Shown: positions 1 to 18,506 of the stretch, piece by piece
How the letters are laid out: every line of letters starts with the position of its first letter
Position numbering within the stretch: position 1 is the first letter of the stretch
From: Candidatus Babeliales bacterium
GTDB taxonomy: Bacteria > Babelota > Babeliae > Babelales > JANWKD01
Assembly: GCA_963722255.1 (NCBI GenBank)
Contig: CAVRJO010000001.1
Coordinates: 320,001-384,000 of the forward strand
Length of the DNA stretch: 64,000 nucleotides
Reading direction: 5' to 3'
Made by a program: the position numbers and the translations under genes
Notes under the pieces: model-generated
Database searches by the model: none
Told to the model about the DNA's origin: nothing
What the model saw: the letters and a program-made list of their open reading frames with translations, nothing else

Positions 1-1599
1 ATGACGGCCTCGTTTTGCTTGATGCAATGCTTTTTGAAATACTTCTCTAGGTAAACCACCTTTATATTTAATATCCATCTGGATAGCGGTAATACCTTCA
101 GAAGTACCTGCAACTTTAAAATCCATAAGACCAAATGCATCTTCAATGCCAGTAATATCACTTATAGGTTGGAAATCACCTTCAGAACTTTGTAATAAGC
201 CCATAGCAATACCACTACCATTTTTTTAATCGGTACTCCACCATTCATTAATGCCATAGTAGATCCACATACTGTTGCCATAGACGTTGAACCATCAGAT
301 TCAAGCATATCGGCAACAATGCGAATGGTATAAGGAAAATCTTCTTTATTTGGCAATATTGGTTCAAGCGCTGAAGCAGCCAAATGCCCATGTCCAATTT
401 CACGTCTTCCAGGTCCACGCATTGGTCGAACTTCACCAACAGAAAATGGAGGGAAATTATAATGTAACATAAATGATTTTTCAACGGTATCACCCATCAA
501 ATCTTCTACTTTTTGCTCATCTTGACCACCACCAAGCGTTACTGAAACAATGCTTGAGTTCTACCACGAGTAAAAACGGCAGAACCATGAGTAAATGGCA
601 ATAAACCAACTTCAGTAGAAATCATTCGTACTTGTTCAAATGATCTACCATCAACACGTTGACCAAGTTTAAAAATAAGTTCAGTAATTTTTTTCTTGAG
701 AACGTCATCAAAAATATACTCAAAAATCTTAGAGGGGATAGCGAGTTCTTCAATCTGCGCTTTATGTTCCTCTTTAAACTCCTCAAGAAGATCGTCAAGC
801 GCTTTACCACGTTTAACCTTATCAGAAACAAATGTAAGCTTTACACGTTCTTCAGTTAAAAATGAATTAAACTTTTCAGTCCATTCTGTCCAATTAATTG
901 GATCAACAATCGGTTCTTTAGGTATGCCAACCTGAGCCTGTATCTCTTCTTGCCAAGCAATTTGTTCTTTAATCTGTGCATGTGCTTTAAAAAATACCTC
1001 AACCAAATCATCTTCTGAAATTTCACTGGTGCATCCTTCTACCATATTAATACCTTCTTTTGTTCCTGCAACAGTGATGCGAACATCGGATTCAAGCGTT
1101 TGAGAATAAAGAGGGTTTAAAATCCATTCCCCATCAACACGAGCAACTTCAACTGCACTTACAGGGCCTAAAAAAGGTATCTTGGAAATAGCTAACGCCA
1201 ATGAAGAGGCACCTAATGCAATAACTGCCGGTTGATGCTCTTTATCAACTGAATAGACCGTAACAATATTTGAACTTGATTGAAATAGTTTTCAGGAAAC
1301 AATGGTCGAATAGCACGATCAATAAAACGTCCGGTTAAAACTTCTTTATCGGTAGCTTTACCTTCACGCTTATAATAACCACCGGGAATTTTTCCTGCGG
1401 CAGCAAACTGTTCGCGATAATCGATTGTCAAAGGTAAAAAACCAGGAAAATCTGTTGATGGAGCTGAAACGACAGTTGCTAAAACAACGGTACCTCCTTG
1501 TTTAAACCAGACAGCACCATCGGCTTGTGTCGCAAATTTACCTATTTCAACTTCATAACCAAATTTTTTTAAACTGAATGATTTTACCGTTTTTACCAT
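1..1599 (-). CDS. pnp: Polyribonucleotide nucleotidyltransferase (PNPase); 3'-partial, split by apparent indels
   Basis: Three consecutive ORFs carry PNPase motifs: [27 protein letters not shown]...[26 protein letters not shown]...RREIGHG; runs off the window start. Confidence 0.95.
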
Positions 1600-1630
1600 T
1601 ACAAACCTATACTAATCAAATTTATATATA

Positions 1631-1892
1631 TTATTTTCGTATCCCTAAACGATCAATTAAACTCTTATATTTATCTATATCTTTTTTTCTAGATATTGTA
1701 AATATTTTTTCTTCGGCTTACCATTTTAAAAAGACCTCTTTTTGAACCAAAATCTTTTTTATTATTATTAAAATGGACAGTTAAGTCTTGAATGCGATTT
1801 GTTAAAAACGCAACTTGGACTTCAATAGAACCTGTATCATTTTCACTTTGAGCAAACTCACTCATTAACTTTTTTTTCATCTCTTTATTCAT
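1631..1892 (-). CDS. rpsO: 30S ribosomal protein S15 (one apparent indel near 3' end)
   Basis: DTGSIEVQVAFLT...KKDFGSKRGL..VSRRK; a shifted frame continues ...KYKSLIDRLGIRK-stop at 1631; canonical rpsO-pnp order. Confidence 0.93.
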
Positions 1893-1924
1893 TTATATCC
1901 TTAACACGATTATTAATCAACTAA

Positions 1925-1999
1925 TGGTAGGCGCGAGCGGAATTGAACCGCTGACCCTTGCTACGTCAAAGCAATGCTCTACCACTGAGCTACGCGCCT
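1925..1999 (-). tRNA. tRNA-Val(GAC)
   Basis: Cloverleaf, anticodon arm TTGCT-TTGACGT-AGCAA, GGTTCAATTCC T-arm, encoded CCA. Confidence 0.93.
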
Positions 2000-2015
2000 T
2001 CCTAACCATTTCTAT

Positions 2016-10478
<8,463 letters not shown>

Positions 10479-10562
10479 TAAACTGTTCCTCCTTATACCA
10501 AAATATTGCTTTTCACACCCATCGATCAACTCGACTAAATTACTCTTTCCTTAGATTATCAA

Positions 10563-10946
10563 TTAGCTTAATTCAACTTTTGCACCAGCAGCTTCAAGCG
10601 CTTCTTTCATTTTTTTCGCATCATCTTTTGAAGCTGATTCAGCAATAACAGTTGGAGCTTCTTCAACAGCTTTTTTAGCTTCTGTAAGACCCAATGTTGT
10701 CACAGTTCTTAGTGCTTTAATGGTTTTAATTTTTTCTGGTCCACCATCTTTAAGTGTTACTTTATATTCTGATTTTTCTTCAGCCTTTGGAGCTTCAGCA
10801 GCAGCTCCTGCCGCCGGCGCTGCTGAAACAGGCATAGACGCAGAAACACCAAACTTATCTTCTAGACCTTTAACTAATTCAGCCAATTCAAGAACTGTAA
10901 GGCTACCAATTTGATCAATTATTTGTTCATATGACTTTGTTGCCAT
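10563..10946 (-). CDS. rplL: 50S ribosomal protein L7/L12
   Basis: LTVLELAELVKGLEDKFGVSA; LGLTEAKKAVE; operon position. Confidence 0.97.
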   Translation of the reverse strand: MATKSYEQIIDQIGSLTVLELAELVKGLEDKFGVSASMPVSAAPAAGAAAEAPKAEEKSEYKVTLKDGGPEKIKTIKALRTVTTLGLTEAKKAVEEAPTVIAESASKDDAKKMKEALEAAGAKVELS

Positions 10947-11023
10947 AGGATCTCCAACATACGTTAATATATAAAAAACAACTATTATCTAACTACTTCA
11001 CAATAAACTCTCGCGCACCAATA

Positions 11024-11548
11024 TCAGCTTGATGCCTTTTTTTCTTCGATTTTCTTAAGCACGAAGAGTAACCTTAAAATCAACATATTGAGAACAATAA
11101 TGATTCCCGAAATAGGAGATTTTAATGCGCCACATACTTGAGCAAGAAGAACTTCTTTTGAAGGCAATGTTGCAAGAACTTTTACTGAATCTTTACTCAA
11201 TACAACAGAATCCATACAACCAGCCATAATGGTAAGTTGCTGATTTTCTTTAGCAAACTCATACAATATTTTTGCTATCGCAGGTGATTCATGTTGAGCA
11301 AAAACAAGAGCAACCTGATCCTTAAAATAAGGCATTAACTTCTCAATTGAAGGAACATCTGATGCAACACGTCTCATTAATGTTACTTTTGCAACTTTGA
11401 AAGAACCACCTTGTTGACGTAACTGTTTTCGCAACTTCAAAACTTGAGCTACATTCAGCCCTTTATACCCTACTAAAAAAGACGCCTGACTGCTTTCAAA
11501 ATCATGTTTTAGCGTCTCAACAACATCTTCTTTTTGTTGACGGTTCAT
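11024..11548 (-). CDS. rplJ: 50S ribosomal protein L10
   Basis: YKGLNVAQ..LRKQLR, LATLPSKEVLLAQ; lies between rplA and rplL. Confidence 0.95.
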   Translation of the reverse strand: MNRQQKEDVVETLKHDFESSQASFLVGYKGLNVAQVLKLRKQLRQQGGSFKVAKVTLMRRVASDVPSIEKLMPYFKDQVALVFAQHESPAIAKILYEFAKENQQLTIMAGCMDSVVLSKDSVKVLATLPSKEVLLAQVCGALKSPISGIIIVLNMLILRLLFVLKKIEEKKASS

Positions 11549-11567
11549 TGTTTTACCTTTATAAAAA

Positions 11568-12263
11568 TCAAAGTTTAATCTCGTCTAAATTAACAGGAAT
11601 ACTTGGCCCCATTGTCGCAGTAATGGTAACCTTTTTAATGAATCTTCCTTTTGATGTTGGTGGCTTTGAGGATGCTAACGCCTTGAGAAAGGCGCTAATA
11701 TTCTCTTGAAGCTGTTTGACATCAAAAGATTTTTTTCCAAAGGTAAAATGAACGATCGCATTTTTATCATTTTTAAAGAAAACGCGACCCTTTTTAAGAT
11801 CTTGTACGATATCAGCTACATCAAAAGTAACAGTCCCAACTTTTTTATTTGGCAAAAGTCCTTTTGGTCCTAATATTTTAGCAAGTTTTCCAACCATACC
11901 CATTATATCTGGTGTTGCAACAGCATAATCAAAATCAAGCCATCCATTCGAAATTTTTTCAACAAGGTCATCTGCACCAACAAAATCAGCACCAGCTTTT
12001 TTTGCCTTCTCTGCATAATCACCTTTTGCAAAAACAACCACTCTAACTTTTTTGCCGGTACCATTTGGCAACAAAACCGAACCGCGAACAGTTTGTTCAC
12101 CTTTTGACGGATCGATACCTATATTTATATGCGCATCAAGAGACTCATCGAATTTTGCATGAGCCAACTCTTTTATTTTTGAAATACCTTCAGCCAAAGC
12201 ATACTTTTTATCTGCAACGATCTTTGCTTCAGCTTCTTTATATTTTTTACCATGCTTTGCCAT
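11568..12263 (-). CDS. rplA: 50S ribosomal protein L1
   Basis: AKFDES, VRGSVLLPNGTGK, LGPKGLLPNKKVGTVT. Confidence 0.97.
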   Translation of the reverse strand: MAKHGKKYKEAEAKIVADKKYALAEGISKIKELAHAKFDESLDAHINIGIDPSKGEQTVRGSVLLPNGTGKKVRVVVFAKGDYAEKAKKAGADFVGADDLVEKISNGWLDFDYAVATPDIMGMVGKLAKILGPKGLLPNKKVGTVTFDVADIVQDLKKGRVFFKNDKNAIVHFTFGKKSFDVKQLQENISAFLKALASSKPPTSKGRFIKKVTITATMGPSIPVNLDEIKL

Positions 12264-12283
12264 TTAAAAATCCTAACCTAAGG

Positions 12284-12706
12284 TCAAAATACATCAATTC
12301 CCATACTTCGCGCAGTACCAGCAACTATTTTTTTAGCTTCTTCTAATGTTGAAGCATTAAGATCAGGCATCTTGATCTTTGCTATTTCCTCAATGCCCGC
12401 CCAAGAAATCTTACCGACTTTATTGGTATTTGGCTTTGAAGAACCTTTAGCTAGATTAATTTGTTTTTTTAACAACTCAGAAGTAGGAGGTGTCTTACAA
12501 AAAAAATCAAATGTCTTATCTTTATAAACAGTAATGATTACCGGAACAGTTTCACCTTTTCGATTTGCAGTTTTAGCATTAAATTGCTTACAAAACTCCA
12601 TAATATTAACGCCATGAGGCCCAAGAGCAGAACCTACGGGAGGTGCGGGATTTGCTGATCCACCTTTTATCAGAACTTTTATATTTGCTTTAATCTCTTT
12701 TGCCAT
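12284..12706 (-). CDS. rplK: 50S ribosomal protein L11
   Basis: [32 protein letters not shown]. Confidence 0.97.
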   Translation of the reverse strand: MAKEIKANIKVLIKGGSANPAPPVGSALGPHGVNIMEFCKQFNAKTANRKGETVPVIITVYKDKTFDFFCKTPPTSELLKKQINLAKGSSKPNTNKVGKISWAGIEEIAKIKMPDLNASTLEEAKKIVAGTARSMGIDVF

Positions 12707-12716
12707 TTTTTAACCT

Positions 12717-13250
12717 TTAACGTTTTATTTGATCAAACCCTAATTCTACAGGAGTCATCCTACCAAAAATACTTACCATAACGGTCATCTTCTCACTCTC
12801 TTCATCTATTTTATCGATAATGCCCATGAATCCAGCGAAAGGACCCTCTTTAATTTCAATTTCACTCCCAATAGAAAATTCACTTTTTTTGGAAGCAATT
12901 ACAACTTCACCTTTGATTTGAGCAATTATACGATTAATCTCTTGTTGTGAAATTGGCGTTGGTTGAGCACCTCCTAAAAATCGCACAATACGAGGAATCG
13001 ACAAAACAAGTCGTACTGCTTCGGGAACTGCATCCATCTGAACAAGCAAATATCCAGGGAAAAGCTGCTGATCAGTCTTTGCCTTTTTATCAAGAGGAGC
13101 AACATCAAACATTTGCTTTGATTTCGCAGAAGGAATAAGCACCTCTCCAAAATATTCTTCGAGACCCGACTCTGCTATATGTCGCAAAAGATCCGCTTTT
13201 ATCGCTTCTTCATACCCTGCATATACTTGAGCAACATACCAACGTTTCAT
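12717..13250 (-). CDS. nusG: Transcription termination/antitermination factor NusG
   Basis: WYVAQVYAGYE, FPGYLLV, KOW GPFAGFMG, VSIFGRMTPVEL. Confidence 0.97.
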   Translation of the reverse strand: MKRWYVAQVYAGYEEAIKADLLRHIAESGLEEYFGEVLIPSAKSKQMFDVAPLDKKAKTDQQLFPGYLLVQMDAVPEAVRLVLSIPRIVRFLGGAQPTPISQQEINRIIAQIKGEVVIASKKSEFSIGSEIEIKEGPFAGFMGIIDKIDEESEKMTVMVSIFGRMTPVELGFDQIKR

Positions 13251-13295
13251 TATAGTATCCGTTCTGTAGCCATTTTTAACTAATTTTCTCTTTTA

Positions 13296-13475
13296 TCAAA
13301 AAATTTGTTGGGCAAGTCTATAAAACACAAAATCAACAACCCCCAAATACAGTGAAAATGCAGCAACTAAGATTAAAACAACAATTATCGACCCTACGAG
13401 CTCATCGGTGCTCGGCCAGACAATTTTTGAAAGTTCAATACTTACTTCATTAAAAAACTGCGTTACATTTTTCAT
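13296..13475 (-). CDS. secE: Preprotein translocase subunit SecE
   Basis: ELSKIVWPS motif followed by one TM helix; directly upstream of nusG. Confidence 0.92.
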   Translation of the reverse strand: MKNVTQFFNEVSIELSKIVWPSTDELVGSIIVVLILVAAFSLYLGVVDFVFYRLAQQIF

Positions 13476-13523
13476 TACATCACCAGGCATTTATTCGTAT
13501 TTAACACTATCTATACCATTGTT

Positions 13524-13600
13524 TGGCAGGCCAGGAGGGATTCGAACCCCCAACCCGCAGATTTGGAGTCTGCCGCTCTACCAATTCGAGCTACTGGCCT
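13524..13600 (-). tRNA. tRNA-Trp(CCA)
   Basis: Anticodon arm GCAGA-CTCCAAA-TCTGC, CCA end; canonical position before secE. Confidence 0.95.
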
Positions 13601-13610
13601 CCGAAATATA

Positions 13611-13766
13611 TTATTTGGCTTCTTTATGAGGATTATGCTTACGACAGCGGAAGCAGAATTTTTTCAATTTTAAAGAGCCCACTGTTCTTTTTCCAACAAC
13701 TTGCGTATAATTACGCTCTTTGCATTCCTCACACGATAGATGAGTTGTCACTCTATTTTTTGCCAT
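13611..13766 (-). CDS. rpmG: 50S ribosomal protein L33 (zinc-binding form, 51 aa; below ORF-track cutoff)
   Basis: Manual translation MAKNRVTTHLSCEECKERNYTQVVGKRTVGSLKLKKFCFRCRKHNPHKEAK with two CxxC. Confidence 0.93.
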   Translation of the reverse strand: MAKNRVTTHLSCEECKERNYTQVVGKRTVGSLKLKKFCFRCRKHNPHKEAK

Positions 13767-13804
13767 AAATCACCAAATTAATAAACTTTCTTTGTAGGTT
13801 TTCC

Positions 13805-13879
<75 letters not shown>

Positions 13880-13972
13880 TAAAATGCCTGTACACATGAG
13901 TATGTTATAGAATAAATAAAAAAAAAGCAAAACACAACTCATTTTTACCTATAAGCTATTATTTTTTTTATA

Positions 13973-14047
13973 TGGAGCTGGCGATTGGATTTGAACCAAC
14001 GACCTACTGATTACAAATCAGTTGCTCTACCACTGAGCTACGCCAGC
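13973..14047 (-). tRNA. tRNA-Thr(TGT)
   Basis: Anticodon arm ACTGA-TTTGTAA-TCAGT, CCA end. Confidence 0.95.
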
Positions 14048-14082
14048 AAAAAAATCAGTACTTATTACAAGTAATAAATACT

Positions 14083-14158
14083 TGGAGCGGGAAACGGGGC
14101 TCGAACCCGCAACCTACAGCTTGGAAGGCTGTCGCTCTACCAATTGAGCTATTCCCGC
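14083..14158 (-). tRNA. tRNA-Gly(TCC)
   Basis: Anticodon arm ACAGC-CTTCCAA-GCTGT, CCA end. Confidence 0.95.
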
Positions 14159-14299
14159 ATGCTATTTCAACAAGTCTATGAAGTTTTTTGCAATACATCT
14201 TACTTCTTTTTGAGTAGATAGTCCATCTTCGCTTTCGGCTATCTTGGACCACCCCTTCACTCATGGCAAAGACTGACGAAATTGCTAAGCAACGAAGAC

Positions 14300-14385
14300 T
14301 GGTGGCGAGAGAAGGATTCGAACCTTCGAAGACATAAGCCAACGGATTTACAGTCCGTCCCCTTTGACCGCTCGGGAATCTCGCC
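14300..14385 (-). tRNA. tRNA-Tyr(GTA)
   Basis: Anticodon arm ACGGA-CTGTAAA-TCCGT, long variable arm, CCA end. Confidence 0.94.
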
Positions 14386-14441
14386 AAAAATTTCAATTTT
14401 TTTAACTATAAAATAGTAGCAATTTTTTTTAAGTTAAGTTT

Positions 14442-14470
14442 ATAATATTGTTTTTCCGCAAGGATTTCAA
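14442..14470 (-). promoter_or_regulatory. Putative sigma70 promoter of the tRNA/ribosomal protein cluster
   Basis: TTGAAA-17 bp-TATTAT on the minus strand about 55 bp upstream of tRNA-Tyr. Confidence 0.5.
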
Positions 14471-14684
14471 CTTTTTTTTAGTTTTCACCACAACTATATT
14501 CCAATAAATCCTACTATTTAAAACAATAGTAACAATAATTTTTAAATTTAGTAGTAAATTTCTTGCTAACAAATGCAGTTGTATACAGCAAAAAGAAGCA
14601 CAAGTAGGCATTTAATGGATTTTTTTATAAATAATGGTATAGTAGATAATTGCAACTCAACAATTATCAATAAGAGGAAAAAAT

Positions 14685-15128
14685 ATGAAAAAAACATTAA
14701 ATTTTTTATGTGCAGCGGCTTTACTTACTTTTGTTCAACTACAATCAATGGAGCACAATGAAACATTAGAGAATTATAAAACTAAGGGAAAATTCGCAAC
14801 ACTACAAGAAATAATAGCTAGTTATGAAGGTCGCGAGAATAAACATGCTATGTGGTGGGAGATGTACAAGCATGTACCTTGCATTGAAAATGCAGAAATA
14901 CCACAAACCTATTTATTACATGAAGCAATCTCACATAATGATTATGATGAAGTAGAAACTCTAATTAACACGCATGGTGATACTATTATTGTCGCAACTT
15001 TTCAGAGAAGTACCTACATACATGGTTTTCAAGGCGCTACGTATAACCTCGCTGCAACATCAACCAAAGAAATAAAAGCATTAATCACATTGCATGCATT
15101 CAATAAAAATAAAGATAAATTAAATTAA
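14685..15128 (+). CDS. Secreted hypothetical protein with one ankyrin-like helix pair
   Basis: Signal peptide ...VQLQS|ME; LLHEAISHNDYDEVETLIN resembles the ankyrin consensus. Confidence 0.6.
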   Translation: MKKTLNFLCAAALLTFVQLQSMEHNETLENYKTKGKFATLQEIIASYEGRENKHAMWWEMYKHVPCIENAEIPQTYLLHEAISHNDYDEVETLINTHGDTIIVATFQRSTYIHGFQGATYNLAATSTKEIKALITLHAFNKNKDKLN

Positions 15129-15152
15129 AATCCATATTCTTTGAGAGTTTTA

Positions 15153-15464
15153 ATGAATACAATAAAAATAATCTATATAACAACGCCTTCGCGCGAAGAA
15201 GCTGAAAAAATTGCATGCAATCTTCTTGAAAAAAAGCTGATTGCATGCGCTAATTTTCATCCCATTAATAGCATCTATTGGTGGCAGGGGTCACTAACAA
15301 AAGATAATGAGTTTGTCCTTATTGCCAAAACAAGCGAAGAGCAGTATCCCCTTGTTAAACAAGAGGTAGAAAAAATCCACTCCTACGCTGTACCTTGTGT
15401 GATTGGAATTTCAAGCCATGTAAATGAAAAATATTATACTTTTATAAAAAATACCGTTTCATAA
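15153..15464 (+). CDS. cutA: Divalent cation tolerance protein CutA
   Basis: LLEKKLIACAN, SIYWWQG, HSYAVPCVI. Confidence 0.92.
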   Translation: MNTIKIIYITTPSREEAEKIACNLLEKKLIACANFHPINSIYWWQGSLTKDNEFVLIAKTSEEQYPLVKQEVEKIHSYAVPCVIGISSHVNEKYYTFIKNTVS

Positions 15465-15465
15465 A

Positions 15466-15921
15466 TTATATCATGAGAGAATAATGCATCTGCCTCTCAT
15501 CTTGTGACTGGCCATATGCTAAAGTAACATGGCAAGCCTTATTGGTAATTAATGGCAAAATAAGCTCAGGCCATTCAATCATCGCCCAACTATTTTCAAG
15601 AAATAAGAGCTCATTAAATCCTGCTTCCATAAATTCATGAATATCTTTAAGCCGATAGAGATCAAAATGATAAAGAAGCTCTCCCTTGCTATTTTCATAA
15701 ACATTAACGTAACTAAATGTAGGGCTTGTAACAGGAACATGTATATCGAAATTTTGCAATAAACCTTTTACACACGTTGTTTTTCCTGTTCCGAGAGGAC
15801 CCGAAAAGGTATATATTTTACATTCATCTTTCAAAGAATAAAGTCTATTTATGATATGGTCGATACGATCAAGTGAATAGAGTAATTTTTCTTCGTGCAG
15901 TTTAGTTTCCATTTTTATCAT
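15466..15921 (-). CDS. tsaE: tRNA t6A biosynthesis ATPase TsaE
   Basis: GPLGTGKTT, VTSPTFS, HFDLYRL, IEWPE. Confidence 0.94.
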   Translation of the reverse strand: MIKMETKLHEEKLLYSLDRIDHIINRLYSLKDECKIYTFSGPLGTGKTTCVKGLLQNFDIHVPVTSPTFSYVNVYENSKGELLYHFDLYRLKDIHEFMEAGFNELLFLENSWAMIEWPELILPLITNKACHVTLAYGQSQDERQMHYSLMI

Positions 15922-15935
15922 CTCAAATAAATAAC

Positions 15936-16757
15936 TTATTCAATAACGTATTTAATCGAACACTTTGATTTTCTTGCTTGATGTATAGTGTTGTATATAT
16001 TTCTTAAAGAATCAACCTTCATCGATTTAACAAGCTTTTTAGAATCATTTTTAAGCTTTCGAGCTTTATCAAGCATAGTACGATAATCTTTTAGTAATTT
16101 CTCTTTGCTTTTACGAGCTTCATTAAGCATTAAAGTTTTATCGCCTTTCATCTGCATTATTCTTGATTTTTCATGAGTCAATTTTTTTATGGCATTGGCA
16201 ATACGCCGTTGTCCATTTTTTATGAGTGCATTATCAGAAAAAATCAACTTATCTTTTAATCTCTGTATTTTATTTTCTGCTTTTTGAGCCACTTCTACAA
16301 GTTCTTTTACTTCTCTTTGTTTAGCATATTTACCCAGAGAGATATCTAAATATATTAGATTTGCATCCTGTAATTTTTGGATTAGCTTATTTTGTAATCT
16401 GACTCTTTCAGGGCCTACTTGCAGGCCCAGTTTTTCCTTATTCAATTCAGAAATTTTTTCATCAAATGATTCAATTAAATGCATTGAGTTAATAATCGCT
16501 TCTTGTTCTTTAAGTAGTGCTTCTTTATCATTCAAAGCATGCTCTAAACGGGCAATTTCCTTTTCCAGTTGAGGAATTGCTTGATCGATCTGTTTTTTAC
16601 CTATATATGCAAGATCTTTAAAAGAATAATGCAAAAACTTTCTATTTATTTTTAACTGATCATTAAACTTTTTACAGGAATCTTCTTTTATTGCAGAATT
16701 GGTGATTAGATTCATGAAAAAAAACAGAACCGATATTCTCAATGCATTACTGTTCAT
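15936..16757 (-). CDS. Hypothetical exported coiled-coil protein
   Basis: 273-aa ORF, hydrophobic N-terminus, K/E/L heptad-rich. Confidence 0.65.
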   Translation of the reverse strand: MNSNALRISVLFFFMNLITNSAIKEDSCKKFNDQLKINRKFLHYSFKDLAYIGKKQIDQAIPQLEKEIARLEHALNDKEALLKEQEAIINSMHLIESFDEKISELNKEKLGLQVGPERVRLQNKLIQKLQDANLIYLDISLGKYAKQREVKELVEVAQKAENKIQRLKDKLIFSDNALIKNGQRRIANAIKKLTHEKSRIMQMKGDKTLMLNEARKSKEKLLKDYRTMLDKARKLKNDSKKLVKSMKVDSLRNIYNTIHQARKSKCSIKYVIE

Positions 16758-16837
16758 ACAACTCCTTTAGCCTATACAACCGCTTTTTTATACAGTACCA
16801 AAGAGATAAAAATTTTTGCAATCTATTCAAAATATAG

Positions 16838-17413
16838 TTATAACTTTTTTATTTTTTTCAAGATTATGCGCTCACTTTTAGAAATCTGTTGTTTCTTTTT
16901 ATTCCTTTCTAAATCACCTTCCGGCTCTTTTTTCTTTGGAACAGCTAACTGCTCCATAAGAAGATCAAGTTCCTTATGCGCCGAAGCAACCATTTTATGG
17001 GCTTTTTGATTTTGTACGCTTTTGAGCGTCGTAGGACTTTCATTTGAATTAATGAATTCAGAAAACTCGTATGAATCCATTGAAGGAATGGCATGCAGCC
17101 TTGCATGCGTAACAAGCTCGCGATCACTGGTTATGAGTAAAATATCGAAACTTTTATGCGTTTCTATATACTGTTTAATATAATCATCAGCTGATTCTCG
17201 AACACCAGAATAAACAACCTCAAGCACTGTACTTACTTTTTCACGCATTGGCCAATTAAAAGGCCCTCCATCAAAAACAAGTACAATTGATAGTTTTTTT
17301 TGGTGACCATAGTGATTAAGCTTTTTAATAAAGTTCTCACGTTCTTTATCGGATATATGCGCCGAATGCTTAATCTTTTTTAGAAGATTATACCCATCAA
17401 TCAGTAGTTGCAT
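16838..17413 (-). CDS. YacP/NYN-domain (PIN-like) ribonuclease
   Basis: LLIDGYNL, LVFDG, SADDYI, ITSDREL motifs. Confidence 0.85.
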   Translation of the reverse strand: MQLLIDGYNLLKKIKHSAHISDKERENFIKKLNHYGHQKKLSIVLVFDGGPFNWPMREKVSTVLEVVYSGVRESADDYIKQYIETHKSFDILLITSDRELVTHARLHAIPSMDSYEFSEFINSNESPTTLKSVQNQKAHKMVASAHKELDLLMEQLAVPKKKEPEGDLERNKKKQQISKSERIILKKIKKL

Positions 17414-17644
17414 ACCTCTATTTCTTTTCTTTTATGTTGTATACTTATTGCCAAATTTAAAGCCAAATTTAAAGATAGTAACAATACAAGTGTAACGTAG
17501 AACCGCTATAAGGGTCGAGAACTAAATAAAAAATAGCTAGCCCTCCCTGTGACGCAACTACTTTGTAAAGCAAAAAATTGCAAAATGTCGTTATCATCAG
17601 TAGATTAAATAAGAATATCTTTTTTGAACGATAAGGCACCTTCT

Positions 17645-18502
17645 ATGTCACAATTAATTCGCATGCGTCAACGCATAAAAGCAATAAAAACAATTAAAAA
17701 AATAACTCATGCACTGCGTTTAATTTCAATGTCAACACATCTACGCCTTCGTTCAAGAAAAAGTGCTGTAGAATACTACAAAGGAACCTTGACTCATATT
17801 CTTTATCAAGTACAAAAGAGCATGCCTGAATGGTGCCATTTTTTAACCCAAAAAAGTGAGGATACTCAAAAGCCTCCTCTTGCAATTCTTATCGGATCAC
17901 AAAAAGGCTTATGTGGCAACTTTAATTCAGAACTCTTTGCTTTTTATGAACGAGAAACTTCTTCTGAGATCAAACAAATAACCACCTTTATAACGGTGGG
18001 AAAAAAAGCCCAAGATTTTGTAAAACTAACGGGACATCCCCTTGTTCTTTCTTTCGATGACTTCTCATTTGCAACACTGGAAAAAATAAGCCTTGCCCTT
18101 ACTCATTATCTCTTGAAAAACCATGAACTATATTCTAGTGCAACAATCTATAGCAGTTATTCAAAATCATTTTTTTCACAACGCCCACATAGAACAGCTC
18201 TTATTCCCTTTACATTGCAACCTTCGATTGAAGAAAAAGAAAGTCCTTACCAAGAGGAGTATATCTGGGAACAAAAACCGGAAGAGATCATAAACTTTTT
18301 AGTTGAGAAGCTTTTTTACATGACAATCTATGAAGCACTCTTTCAATCACTCATTTCAGAACAAGCGGCTCGCTTTATTGCTATGGATAATTCAACGCGC
18401 AGTGCCAGCAAACTTCTTGAATCAATGCAACTTACGTATAATAAAATGCGACAAAGTAAGATTACGGGCGAATTAACTGACTTAATCGGCGGATTTTTTT
18501 AA
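17645..18502 (+). CDS. atpG: F1 ATP synthase gamma subunit (stand-alone)
   Basis: IKKITHALRLIS, KGLCGNFNS, SEQAARFIAMDNSTRSA, YNKMRQSKITGELTDLIGG. Confidence 0.92.
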   Translation: MSQLIRMRQRIKAIKTIKKITHALRLISMSTHLRLRSRKSAVEYYKGTLTHILYQVQKSMPEWCHFLTQKSEDTQKPPLAILIGSQKGLCGNFNSELFAFYERETSSEIKQITTFITVGKKAQDFVKLTGHPLVLSFDDFSFATLEKISLALTHYLLKNHELYSSATIYSSYSKSFFSQRPHRTALIPFTLQPSIEEKESPYQEEYIWEQKPEEIINFLVEKLFYMTIYEALFQSLISEQAARFIAMDNSTRSASKLLESMQLTYNKMRQSKITGELTDLIGGFF

Positions 18503-18506
18503 ATAA

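Noticed and set aside
17450..17620. 12-bp tandem GCCAAATTTAAA and a slightly GC-rich stretch upstream of atpG
   Set aside because: Only two copies and no convincing structure or known RNA motif.
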